The notes below the pieces were generated by a model. The model searched no databases and had not been told where the DNA came from. It saw nothing but the letters and a program-made list of their open reading frames with translations. Of a DNA stretch of 64,000 bases, positions 25,775-38,682 are shown piece by piece; the stretch's first letter is position 1; each line of letters opens with the position of its first letter. Position numbers and translations under genes: made by a program. Origin of the DNA: Lingula anatina. Lineage: Eukaryota; Animalia; Brachiopoda. The DNA is taken from NCBI GenBank assembly GCA_051362555.1, contig CM120648.1, forward strand, positions 2,705,721 through 2,769,720, read 5' to 3'.

Positions 25775-26066
25775 AGGCCTTTCAGAATGAGAAAAGCCCA
25801 GTGCTAACTAGGCCACGGCCTAAATATGGCAGACCTAAATGAAGGGAAGATCCCTTAATCCTGTAATGGTCTCTCCGCCTCTCACACGCCTCCCCACTCG
25901 TCGGGGCACAGTAATTAAAGCTAGACTCAATTCAACCGGTCGTGGGACGACGCGTGGGGAGGCGTGTGAGAGGCAGAGATACCACTACAGGATTAAGCGA
26001 TCTTCCGTCCGTGATATTTAGGCCGTGGACTAGCTAGCACCCGGCTCTTCTCATTCTGAATGGCCT
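25775..26066. mobile_element. Fold-back MITE (near-complete palindrome), PIF/Harbinger-like family
   Basis: AGGCCTTTCAGAATGAGAA ... TTCTCATTCTGAATGGCCT with long inverted arms (CTCCGCCTCTCACACGCCTCCCCAC / GTGGGGAGGCGTGTGAGAGGCAGAG); absent from duplicate copy 1 near 20440. Confidence 0.85.
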
Positions 26067-26599
26067 CATTACCTCCCGAGATTTCAGCTTTCGATGGACT
26101 GAGGGCAGTATGCTGAGGGTGCGCGATAGAGAAAGAGTTTGTGTTTACTCGTAGCTAAAGGTCGAGAGGTGCCCAAACAGCCACGTGCATCGGCAGCTGA
26201 GGCGGAAAGGAGCCCTAACAACCACCGTCAGCTTAGGAGGGACTGGATCACAGCTCCGGGGACTGCCTTATCGGTGAGTTATTTCTAGGGGTAAATCAGG
26301 CTGCCTCGTAGGTCTTAATCTTATTTTAGGGTTTGTGTGGGCGTCTTGTTTGTGTGTGTTTGCGTGCGTGCACGTGGTTATCACCGTGTCATATAAACAT
26401 TTATGTATGTGTGTGTGTAAGCTTAGCTGAAACTAAATGGACCATAGCAGTGATGTGTGAGGGCGCAGCAAAGGAGAAGACATTCACAGCTTGATCGTGT
26501 TTTTGTCACAATAGCTTTACTTCTATATACACGTTTATATTAGAATGTTTTTCATCCCAATTGATAAAAATCTGTAACTAAACTGGCGTTATTATAAGT

Positions 26600-26888
26600 C
26601 AGGGGCTGATCCAGGATTATTTGAAGGGGGGGGGGGGGGTCGGCAGACATAAAGCCGACCCCCCCCCCCTTGCGTGAGTCTACGGGGCCCGTTGTAGAGC
26701 CCCGAAAACGTTTGGTATTTCAGAGAGCGAACGGTGTCATTCGGTATGGTTTAGAACTATAATTAAGCTAGCAAAATTCTAATTTCAAGAGGGGACCATT
26801 GGTATGATTTTTTCAGAAATCGAAGAGAGGGTCAGGATCCCCCCCCCCCCCCCCCCCCCCCCCGACACTCCCACTTAATCCGTCACTG
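26600..26888. mobile_element. MITE with CAG..CTG ends and 5-bp TSD TAAGT
   Basis: TAAGT|CAGGGGCTGATCCAGG...ATCCGTCACTG|TAAGT; empty site TATAAGTTGTAAG at 20941 in copy 1. Confidence 0.85.
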
Positions 26889-27847
26889 TAAGTTGTAAGA
26901 TAATTCCAAGATAACACTACGACCTCATGTCACTGACCTCAGCGTCCTGGCTATTACCTCAGTACATGCAAATCGGTGGTTGCCAAGATGGTCAGCTTAT
27001 ACAGTTCAGTACTGGCCACAAGCTGACCTTTCACACTCTCTGTATACACTTCAGCTACTTGCTTAAGCCATCTGTAGGGTATGCAAATAAAATCTATGCA
27101 ACTCCAGCCGGAATGTTGTGTATCCAAGTCGTGTATTCCAAACACGGTTTATATTTACACTCTGAAACAGAGCCGCTTGTCTCGCCTACTCCAGTGCAAG
27201 CGTTCAGATAAACCCATGGTACTAGCTGGATCGATTCAAGTCTGCGAGAGATTCTCCCTAATTGCAATTACTGCAATGGGCTTAAAGGTCTGACACGCCT
27301 CCTAGAGTTCTGGGGATATTTATCTAATTAACTAGCTATACTCAAGTGAATGCACGTGCACTTTAGCGAGAATCCTTAGCAGAGTTGGATCGATCTAGCC
27401 GGTTCTATGTTTGAATTTGAACGCGGTCTTAGTGTTCTCCTGGTTATATTATGTGTGATTAGGTGTTCGTTGTAGATTGGCATATTTCATTATCGAACTT
27501 AATAATGTTTAGATCATTGTCTATTTGTAATAACGCGCTATTAGATGTATTAAGTGTACGAAGTGAAGAAGTAACATTATTAATTTCTAAATTATTTGTT
27601 TTAATCATTTTTTTCCTTTTCTTTTCGTAGCCTTTTAATCATTTTTATTCACGTGCAGGGTAGTGTTGTGAAGTCTCCTGAACAAATTTTGGATTTTAGA
27701 TGCAAAATAATAATAATAATAATAATTATTATTATCTTTATATTTGTATTCAGCCGAAAAACAGGCGAACATCATTTGCCTGCTCTGGCGTTAAAAACTC
27801 TTCGAACAATTCGCAAAAGTTTCGGGAGTTGGCCAGACCTCACGAAG

Positions 27848-30800
27848 ATGAAACCAGACATCCAACCCAGACACAACATGAGCGTCAGTCTTCCAAATTT
27901 GGTATTGGGATCTTCAGTCATGTCCCTCCCTCGTGTCAAGGAAGATGAAGAAGATATCCCGGTGTCAGCTGCTGAAGAAGAACTGCGAGGCATGTGTGAT
28001 CACGTGGACAGCGGCTGGTCATGGGTTGTCATGGTGGCAGGAGCAGTGGGACTCTTCCTTTGTAACGGGTACTGGTATAGTTGCGGTCAGTGATTGGTTT
28101 TATTATTTGAACCGCAAAGAAGATGTTATTTATTATTTACTCGATATTAGAATGCATTAAGACAGTTTTATTAAAAGTTTCATTTATTAAGGCATTAAAA
28201 CGGATCACGATTTGTCCCACCAAAGCTGCTTTACATACACTATATATACACAGTGTCTCAATAACTTGCTGCATTCCAGGTGTCTTCTATCTACCATTAT
28301 TGGAAGATCTTGGTGAAGGGGACGTTCTCACGTCCATGGTGGGTTCTGTGTTTCTGGGGCAGACAATGTTATCAGGTACAAAGAGCAGCGTTGCTGATCG
28401 ACTTTTTTATATTACGGCATATGCATTTATGGCTGGGCGTTGTTATAAATATCCTTGTCACGTGAAATAGTCATATTCAGAGTTTTGTTTTTACACACAT
28501 GCAATACTGCAGATTTCTTTTCAGTTTAATCAACTTCTGAGTATTCTGGGTTGATAGTGGTATTCATAGTCAAAACGGGTAGAAAAACTCACGCTAGGTT
28601 ATCAAGCAATAAGCTCTCTGGATGTAGCATTGGATGTGAGTGAAATACAGCAATATTGGTTATTTCGTCCCTGATTCCAGGCTCCATGGCTGTGTGACAA
28701 GTATAACAAATGAAGCCCTTTCTCTGTTCTTCGTTGGACCAGGGAATTAGATCGTAGACGTCTACGATATACATGTAATTCTCTGGTTGCACCAAACTGT
28801 TAAGTGAAACAACTTTCTGGTAAACCACATGGCAACGTGGATTGCTTTTAATTTGGTTATCATTTCCAGGTTTCCTGGCCAGTATACTATGTGACAAGCT
28901 GGACTGTAGGAGAGGCTGTATGATAGGAGGGCTGTTCGCTGCCACTGGACTGGTGGGGAGTTTCTTTGCCAGCAACTGTACACATGTCATTATATCATTT
29001 GGGGTGTTTTCAGGTATGTATGGAATACGTAAGGCTATCCCATGAACCGTAGTCTTGGCTTTGTATTTTTTTTTTTTTTTGGAAAATTTGAGGCATTAAT
29101 TGTGAATAAATAGTAACGCCTCTGCTATAGTGCCGTGTTCCATCTAATTTTTCTGTTTATATTATGTTTGTTCGTCTTTCTAGGTGTAGGCCTTATGTTT
29201 TGCTACCAAGCGGTTCATAACAGCGTATCCCACTACTTCAGCGCCAAAAGATCCCTTGCCATTGCCATCATGCAAACCGGAGGCAGTATGGGACAATTAG
29301 TTTGGGGACCGCTGACACACTACTTCATTGACATCTACACATGGAGAGGGGCGTTTTTAATGCTCTCGGCTTTCAGTCTGCATTTAATAGCAGTTGGAGC
29401 GTTGTTACGACCCCACAGAAATGAGTACCTTCACAAGAAACAGAAAAGTGGTAGCGTCTTTGCAATAACTGTACTTCAGAATATTCCATTTGACCTCTTA
29501 ATATTCAATACCATATTGATGGCTTTGGTGATTGGGATGTTTTTCCTTCATTTTCCTGCGTATGTCGTTTACTCGGGGACATCAGTGCACGCGTCTTCAT
29601 TACTGCTTGGCGCTATTGGAATAACTGGCCTCGTTCTGAAACCACTTTTTGGCGCCGTTATGAATCACCCGGATGTGGATATGTGGACGGTTTACAGCAT
29701 ATCGCAATCGGTCTGTGGTGTCGTAACATTGTTGTGCCCGTTTTTTATGGTAAACTTTACAGGACAGTTAATGTATGCGGTAATATTTGCTATATACGTG
29801 ACGCCTTTCTTCACTGGAATTGTTGCTATAACATTGGAGAGTGTAGTCCCCAAACATTATGGAGCCTCGTTGGGAATACTGGCGAGTGCCGTGGGACTTG
29901 GTTATTTCTTTGGGCCAATAATAGGTGGTACGACTTTTTTCAGACACACATTTTTAAGCTAGTACTACGTGGAGTAAAGAAACAGAGAAAAAGATTACCA
30001 GACTGACAGCCAGACAGACGGACAGACTCACAGACTGCTGGACCAACGGATAAACGCAATTATTAACTGAGTAGCTCTTGCAAACGTACTAACCCACAGA
30101 ACCCTGAGTATAATAAAACAGTGACATTTTTTCATTTACTGACAAAGAAATGTATTGGTTGAATAGATAATTATGAATATAACATGTACATGTAGACAGG
30201 CATTTGGAGAGATTGAGGGGTTAGCAAATGAATAACCATTCTGTCATTCTTTGCAGTGTATTAAAACATCATCTTTATCATTTGACGATCACTTGTATTA
30301 TTTGAAAGTAGAATACAAAGGAGAAACGCGGGCAAGATTAATAGCATGGACTGTAGACCACCGTGTGTGTGTGTGGATATACATTTTCATTTGTAATATA
30401 TCATAGACGTATTCCATATTTTGAGCACTACTTTCTGTAGTTGAATTCGCGTTATTTGATGTATTTTTCAGACTGGAAGTATCGGCTAAAAGTGTGATTC
30501 CATATTAGGTGCTGTTTGTTTTCAACTGTTATCTTATTATTTTAAAGGTTGGGCGTACAGCGTTACCGGGTCGTATGCCGCAGCCATGCAGTTCGCAGGT
30601 AAGACTTTCTGTTTTGTTCCAAAAATAAAAACATATATAGAACAATAAAATAATAAAAAGAAAAACAGCGTCCTCTTTATTCTCTATCCAATGCATACGT
30701 TGTTTTTAGAAAAAACAATGATTCCATTTTTATTAGTTATAGTATTAAACATACAGGTCATCATTTATGAAAAATTAAGTTGAGAAACATTTCAAAAACG

Positions 30801-31051
30801 AAAGTCTGTTCTCATTATGCTTTTTCACAGGTGGCTGTTTATTTGTGAACACGCTGACTATGTTGGCAACGAAGGTGACGCCCACTAAGAATATCAGTGA
30901 GGATACAATGCAGGATAATAAGCTCAATGACGATACTTCCGGTTGCCATGTCAATATCCGTCCTTCTCCTCATTTTACCAAAGATGCCGAGAAGCTGAAG
31001 GCAGCGTCTCATTCAGATATTCCTGTTAAATCAAGTAATATGCATTCATAA
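27848..31051 (+). CDS. Monocarboxylate transporter-like MFS protein (SLC16 family), copy 2, ~497 aa
   Basis: Exons 27848-28085, 28280-28375, 28870-29013, 29184-29927, 30548-30598, 30831-31051; same internal exon sizes (96/144/744/51) as copy 1; frame intact. Confidence 0.92.
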
Positions 31052-31932
31052 GCCAAACGTTTAATTGTTTTGTGTCTTGTTGTGCAAAGGAAGGGCGTGT
31101 CCTATAAAGCACAGAATGTATATTTCGTCAAGTGGTTTAAAAATGTGCATTGCGTTTGAATACATATAAGAAATCTTGAAAAGAAAACCGTGTGGCGCCA
31201 GAGTCGGGGTTAGCACCTTATTCAGAAGGATTTTAACATATGTGTACTTCTTCTGGACTCTCAGATGAAGGGTTAAAATGAAGAAGATATATTAATGTTC
31301 TATCCACCAAGAATTGGTGAAAAGTATAACACATTTTGTTGTACGATTAAATATTAAACATTAAAACCAGGGACCTCCAAAATAAAGAATGTTTGTTGTG
31401 TAATTTCACACAATGTATGAAGTTACAGATGGATGTTGAGTTTATATTACAGTACGACAACCTAGCCTTTTTCTTTGTATCTTAATTTTGACGTTTGAAA
31501 TGGCATGAAATCGGTGAATTACCATTTCTAAATAATGTCTTGTTTGGAACCTGTTTTGCACGATGTTTTCAATTTCGTGGCCGATAACCATTTACGTAGA
31601 ATGAACAAAATAACCATTAATCTAAGGAAATATGTGACAAACATACGATATACGTTTATTTCATAAATATCATTATTCAAGTTATATGTTATCGATTAAT
31701 TTCACTGAAGGCATATGCGCTGAAACTATCTTACTCCCAGCCGTTGCTTGGACATAGAACTAGTCATATTTGACGTCTTTATGGTCACCTCCGGGCTACC
31801 AGTGAACACATTACTCATAGACTGACAGCTGCCCTGTGGAAACACGTCTGCCAGACCGACGGCTTAAGGCATCCGTTGTTTGTTCCAGACACAAAAGCTT
31901 TCTTACGTTACTTGATTTTCATAATAACCAAT

Positions 31933-32326
31933 TCATAGAGAATTTCTAAAATCAACATTCTCAGAGGAGCCAATGGGTTCACTCGGGCAATAATTGGCGC
32001 GGCCAGAAGTCACGTGATCCAGTTTGCCTACTTCTGCCATTTTCTCTGTGGAATTCCTGCCAGATGAAAGCTTCAACGCAAACATGACGACAGTATTGAC
32101 CAGGAGGCAACCGCCTATATGGAAAAAAATGCACGTGGTTGTTTAAGAATTATCCATTTGCCATACGTTTTTTCACTTAATGTTTAAGAATAATTTTTAA
32201 AAAGTAATGAGCATTCTCGCAATGTGTGAGTTGAAAGAGAACCCCTGCACTTGACTCAGTGGTCTTACCAGCAATCTACACGCCTGCTGCATATTTAACA
32301 TGCCTGTATATATAGACTGAAAAATA

Positions 32327-32362
<36 letters not shown>

Positions 32363-35300
32363 GTACCTGCAAATTGCACGCCTGATGCATAGGACCCTGT
32401 CAAGGAATACACCCAACCTGAAAAACAATAACAAAAAACATAAATAAATAAAAAGCGAAAACGGGGGCATTGCATTCAATTGACGCTGATGTTTTACCTG
32501 ATATATAAGATACTGCATAGATATACATGTAAAATCGATTCTCTTTTTTCAAATGAGAGGAAGCGAAATAAGTTATTTGTTACAGAAAAAAGCGAACCCC
32601 TAAATGTGCCTATTATTCAGATGTCTAAAGACGGGAACAAATAATTGTAGGTCGGGCATTCACCTTTCCACTTATAATTACGCGAATGCGCGGTTAACTC
32701 ATTTCCGCTGGTCGTAGTGTCATGCCTCTTTCTGTGTTCCGGAAAAAGGCAGGAAACCACGGCAAGCGGAAAAGGATTAACCGCGCATTATATGTGGCAC
32801 AGTGAACATCCGCGGGTGTCACGTGAATTGATACCTCCAATGAAAGGTCCTAGGAGTAATCCGACACCTGACCCAGACTGGAAGAGTGCCAGTGCTGTCC
32901 CCTGGTGTTTGGACTCCACACACTCTAACGTCATGGCTGCAAATCCGGCGAAATAAGGAGTGGTGTAGGTGCCGAAAATCAAAACAAATATCACTTGTCC
33001 AGAAAAATCGGTCATAAAAATCGGAGATATGATCATTATGACCCCAACTAGCGTTTGTGAAATGCTGAAAACAGTCCACATGTCAACATCCGGATGATTC
33101 ATGGCTGCTCCAAAGAGAGGCCGTAGGAAAAGACCTGTAAATCCTATGAGAGAAAGAAGCAATGAAACTTTGTGAACGGACGTTCCTGAGGACACTGCAT
33201 AAGCGGGAAGGTGGAACAGTAATAACCCAAGAACCACATTCATCAACGCAGCGTTCAGCATTATAAGTAAGAGAGACACGTTCTTCAGCACCGTTAAGTC
33301 GAACAGGGCACCAGTTTTAAGTTTCTTATGAAGGTGCTCTTTTTTGTGAGGCCGCAGTAAAGCTGCCACTACCAACAGGTGTAAACTGATAGCAGACAGT
33401 AACAACATGGCTCCACGCCAGGTGTATTCATCCACAAAATAGTGTGTAAGTGGAGCGACGACCACCTGTCCGACGCTGGACCCCACCTGAATAAAGGCCA
33501 TGGCGAATGGTCGTCTCTCCTGGAAGTAGTAGGCCACACTGACCTGGACGGCAAGGTAACTGATAATCAGGCCAGCACCTGGGGAGAGGGCGTTCAATGG
33601 ATTAGATGTGGTGATATGACGTATATATGACGTATATATTAGGAATGTTTAGTAGTAATTACGTTCCGTTTTGCAAAATTGCCCGAAAGGCTATAAGAAT
33701 GGCGCAAGTTTTCATCTTTGAAGCAACAGGGAAGAGAGAGAGAAAGAGAGAGCTAAACGGATTTGAATTGTTAACTATAAACAATTTCTTGTGGTACATG
33801 TGCATATGAATTTTACCAGATGTCACGAACACATTTTGCAAGGTATAAACTAATCATTCATTCGGATTTCCAGTTTTATTCAGTACTTTTATCTAAAGGC
33901 TAATTTGCGACACAACCATGTTGCAAAAAAAAAAAAAAAAAAAAAAAAAACGCATTGCAGCTATGTAATTTGGTCATATGTGTTCGTAAATGAGATAAAG
34001 GAATACCTGTAACTATGCCGAACGAGGCTATGAGGAACGCACAGCTTTTGGCAAAGAAGCTTGCGCCAAGTCCAGCTGCAGTGAACACAGCGCCTAGAGC
34101 ACATGTCTGACGACAACCCAGCTTGTCACATAATATGGAAGCGATAAATCCTGAAAGATATGTTCGACATCTCAGCAAACAGAACGTTTTATAATGTGAC
34201 CATATAGTGACCATAACATTTTTTTCCTGATTATATAGAAGTTTAAGTAACGTTGTAATAACATGTAATAAATGTGTTTGTTGGGATGCCTGCCATTCTC
34301 TCAAGTTTCCAAACAGTTAACATGTATGTGCCAATCTACCAACTCGTGATCCTCTCGTATTAATTGCCTTTTTTTACAATTAATGCAGTTTAGATGTCGT
34401 AAATATGGTTTATTTTAGCCTTAGAATGCCACTCAATAACAAAACTCGTATTTAACTACAACGGTACATTAATGAAGATGATACGTTAAATACGGAATCG
34501 TCACTTGTAAAGAAAAAAACTTTTTGTTACATACCGGATACAATGCAGTTGCCCAACAGTACCGAACCCACCAGTGACGTCATGACTTCTCCCTCACCGA
34601 AAGCTTCTAACAACGGTAAATACAGTACACCTATTTTGGAAAAGAATGAATTTGTCCCTCTGAAGATAGGTAAAATAATGCATACATATGATATAATATG
34701 TAAAACATTAAAATTCTGGTCCTTACTTGTTGGACGTAATTGCACGCACACGGTATGTTGTAGCAGCAGAGTCCTCTTCCCCGGGAATGTCATGGCCGAA
34801 TGGCTGTTTTATTAATTTTGCAGAGATATACGGGCTATTATACATAGACCTTGAATAAAAATATAAAAAAATAACTATTTTCTCTTCAAAATGAGAAATT
34901 AAGTGTATTATCCGTCCAGGGTTACCTTTAACCATCCCCCGACCAACTCTCAGTTGTTGTACGCTATTTTGGTTCGAATGGTATTGAGTATCCAATCGTC
35001 ACTTGTTCTCATGCACAGAACGTCTGCCCCTCCACATCCGTGATGCTTCCCCTTGAAATGCAGGCGTATCTACGAACGACATATGTAAAAACCTATGATG
35101 CCCCTTGGCACTTACCGCAGCTAAAAGAATAACCATTCACAATGAAAGGCGCCAGTGCCCCCGCTACCATGACAACCCAAGACCATCCACTGTCCACGTG
35201 ATCACACAGAATCAATCCCGTCAGCTCATTCTTTAGGGACGGCTCTGCGAGGTTCTCTTCAGCTTGCTCCTCGCGAGGTAGAGAAACAAGTGAGGTCCCC

Positions 35301-35365
35301 AGCATCAAATTTGGAAGGCTGACGCTTAAGTAGCCTCTCGATCTGTTGTTGGACTTCTGCGTCAT
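31933..35365 (-). CDS. Monocarboxylate transporter-like MFS protein (SLC16 family), copy 3 (inverted, more diverged), ~488 aa
   Basis: Exons 35365-35116, 34630-34535, 34150-34007, 33578-32835, 32417-32367, 32114-31933; same 96/144/744/51 internal exons; motifs DSGWSWVV, YFQERRPFA, YTWRGAML. Confidence 0.9.
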
Positions 35366-35419
35366 TTTTTCTTTCGTGCCTTTGGACAACTCACCATCAA
35401 GCTAAGGAATGCTTGCAAG

Positions 35420-36840
35420 TATAATAATAATAATAATAATAATAATAATTTATTGTCATATTTATACAAATATAAAATGAAAGTTGGTATGATCTGTCGA
35501 TAAAATGTGATACAGTGGAATTATTAAAATACATTTTGTTCATTAAAAATACGTACTGCTGATGGATAAAAACTATTCTTAGTGCGCGTGGAGGTTGCTT
35601 TTAATGACCGCAGTCGGCTTGTTGACATATGCATAAGTAGGCTATTCGCTGGGTGACCAGGGTCACTCGTGATTGACTTTACTTTCTTGAGCACTCGTCT
35701 CGTATACAAACATTCAATAGACGGCAGGTCCCTACCTACAATGCGCCTGGCAGTTTTTACTACGCGGTTGAGGCGATTCTTGTCCTCTACTGTAGCACTA
35801 CTGTACCAGACGGTGAAAGATTGTGTTAGCACACTCTCAATCACAGCCCGGTAAAACTTTGCCAGCAGTTCTTGGTTGACATAGAATGACCTCAATCGTC
35901 GTAGAAAGTAGAGTCTTTGCTGAGCTTTGCGGACAATATCATCTATGTTAATGTGCCATTTAAGATCATCAGATATATGTATGCCAAGAAATTTGAAATG
36001 TCTGACTATTTCAACCTCAGAACCATTCAGCGTAAGATGGCTAATTTCTGTTGGGTTTTTCCTAAAATCTACAATAATTTCTTTTGTCTTTTTAACGTTA
36101 AGCTCGAGGTCGTTTTCAGAGCACCATGAAACAAGGGCCGAAACTTGATTTCGATAGTCAGACTCGGAAGTGCTAATAAGGCCAGCGCAGGTGGTATCAT
36201 CCGCAAACTTAACAATCAAGCAATCAGGATACGAAGCCACACAGTCGGATGTAAACAGAGAATATAAGAGAGGCGAAATGACGCAGCCCTGAGGCGTGCC
36301 AGTATTTATCTCTATAGTCTTGGAAAAGTTATTGCCGACTCTGACCTGTTGTGTACGATTAATTAAGAAATTTAAAATCCAATTACTTAGTGATTTACTA
36401 AAATGGAGAGAGTTAATAAGTTTTTCGTGAAGTTTAAAAGGCGATATCGTGTTAAAAGCAGAACTATAGTCAATAAAAAGTAACCTTGCATAGTTAGGGA
36501 TTTTACGATCCAAAAAAGTAAGAACATTATGTAGAGTAATAGCAACAGCATCTTCCGTCGACCTGTTTTTTCTATATGCAAATTGAAAAGGGTCGAAGGA
36601 CGTCGGTAATTTTGATTTCACATGTTGCATAACAAATTTCTCAAGCACTTTCATAACAATGGAAGTTAGAGCTACAGGCCTAAAGTCATTAAGACAGGTA
36701 ACAGGCGTGCGCTTTGGAACAGGTATTATCACAGATTGTTTAAATATTTTTGGCACATAGCTAGAGCGTAAAGACCAATTGTAGATGTTGCACAGTACAC
36801 CAGAGAGCTCATCGGCACATAATTTCAGCAACCAATGTAG
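35420..36840 (-). mobile_element. 5'-truncated non-LTR retrotransposon (Rex1/Babar-type, CR1/L2 group): reverse transcriptase ORF, short 3' UTR, (TTA)n tail
   Basis: Motifs IIPVPK, NDFRPVALTS, QFAYR, FIDYSSAFNTI, GTPQGCVISP, KFADD, LNVKKTKE, FKFLG, AQQRLYFLRRL, NSFYP; stop at 35524; 3' end TGACAATAAA(TTA)n. Confidence 0.93.
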
Positions 36841-36918
36841 ATCAATGTAGTTGTTGACGATACTTGAAAAAGGAAACGGAAAAACATATGAATCTCTCCC
36901 TCTCTTCATCTCTCTCTT

Positions 36919-36919
<1 letters not shown>

Positions 36920-36955
<36 letters not shown>

Positions 36956-36973
36956 CTCTCTCTCTCTCTCTCT
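36920..36973. repeat. (CA)n(CT)n compound microsatellite
   Basis: Seen directly; followed by a poly-C run near 37035-37062. Confidence 0.95.
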
Positions 36974-38635
36974 CCCTTAACGCATTCTCTGGACTCAAGA
37001 GATAAAGGTTCAATAGATTTTAAAAGCGCTTTAACCCCCCCCCCCCCCCCCCCCCCGCCCCCCAACCCCTACCGCAAAGAGGCGTCACGCTTCAAACAGG
37101 TTCGTTTTCTGTCAAGGGAATTCTCTCTGGCCAAAACGACAGCAGAAATCTATTCATAGTATGGGCTCACATACAGACTTGAATGTATCATAAAAACCGG
37201 TTAGGTTAATCTTTAGTGTATCTAGTGTCAGCACAGCGGTGTAGGTCAACTACTGTCATCTGTACTCTTGTGTTTGGAAAAGCTAAATGTCAGTGATTTG
37301 AACAGTGGATCGTAACCAGAGTTCACCTTTATGTTTACGATTATCAGGTCACACGAACAACTGTTACAGAATGCTATCAGTTGCGTCCTCATTAAGTAAA
37401 CAGCATCCAGATAAATCGAGACGAGGTTGATGTTGGCTTGCATACTGCAGGGCCATGAGTACGGCCGTATTCACAAGGGACATAAGAACAGAACTGAACA
37501 GAATTAGTAAGTCTCACCTGTACCACGGTCGTAGATTATTTACGTGTACTTTTCTCCAACGAGACTGCAGGAAAGTGCCATGAATGAATTTGAGTCATAT
37601 TCATGCATATCTACTGAAAATTCAATATGTGGCGCTGGTAGAGAGTAATCTGTGCTAGTGTAAATGGCACAGCTCTCGGTCAAATGCATATCACTTACTT
37701 CTATCCTCTCTACCTTCAACATACATTCACAACATGTGCGTCAGTGACCTGGCCATGCGCTATGATAACCTACCATTGGGGTTCATGGCCCTCTGTAGTC
37801 TCAACCATACCACGACCATGACACTGCTGCACGCGTGTGATCTGCATGCATACGGCTCATAATCATATGGAAAGCAAATGCACCTTTTGAAATGCAGACA
37901 GTCCTGGCCGATTGCTTGCACCTGAAACTGAAGAACGCCGTGCGTTTGCTCTATGAAAAAACTGGCTACCGCGTTAACAGATTTAGACATTCGCGTTAGA
38001 CCACCTGAGGTCATGGTCCACAACGCAATGCCGACGCAGAAAAGAAACCACTGCTTGATGCAGCAGGTAAAAATGCGTATACATGTAGCTCATACCGCCA
38101 CGCACTGGGTAATCTACCGTCTATACCCACAGCCCCCTTATCGCTTGTTTTTTTATATTGACAGGAAAATGTAGTACTCGTTGGGAAAAGAGCCAAGACG
38201 TACTATTACCGTAGCCAGGAGTTGTCTTCTAGTGTCTGAAAAGACTTTACTCCAGAACATACTACACTATATATTAAAAACAAAATATAAATATAAAGAG
38301 ATATAAGAATATAAAGAGTTAAGTAAGATACCTGAGCCAGATGCTGGGTGAATGAGCTATTTTATCATGTCTGCGATCTTTCATGGGAACTGACGGCGTT
38401 TAACCCTGATGCTGGTAACCACGTGACCGCACATGAACCGTTTTCAGAGGCTTTGTTTGTCGAGCGCGACTCAGTCCTAACATATTGATGAGGACGTTAG
38501 ATGTATCAAGGAATTCAAGCGATCGTGGTATACATAACCCTTTAAATGGGTACTTTGGGGTATGAGGGACCCATCCTTTCCGTTAATATCTCGCTAACGC
38601 AGTTACTGTGGCTATAGGGGCCTATATATACACTG

Positions 38636-38641
<6 letters not shown>

Positions 38642-38681
<40 letters not shown>
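38642..38681. repeat. (TG)n microsatellite
   Basis: About 20 units. Confidence 0.95.

Positions 38682-38682
<1 letters not shown>

Larger units (their letters stand above)
20040..31310 (+). repeat. Tandem duplication carrying an MCT gene (units ~20040-25030 and ~25372-31310)
   Basis: Both units start CAAAGGTAAACAT and are collinear through promoter, introns, exons and 3' UTR. Confidence 0.9.

Noticed and set aside
36840-37065. N-terminal MGGGGGG...ERERECVCVCV part of the 513-aa ORF
   Set aside because: It is translation through poly-C and (CA)n/(CT)n microsatellites upstream of the LINE truncation point, not protein sequence.
37240-38200. Several 60-87 aa ORFs in a GC-richer stretch
   Set aside because: No recognisable motifs or consistent splice structure; probably intron or upstream region of MCT copy 3.
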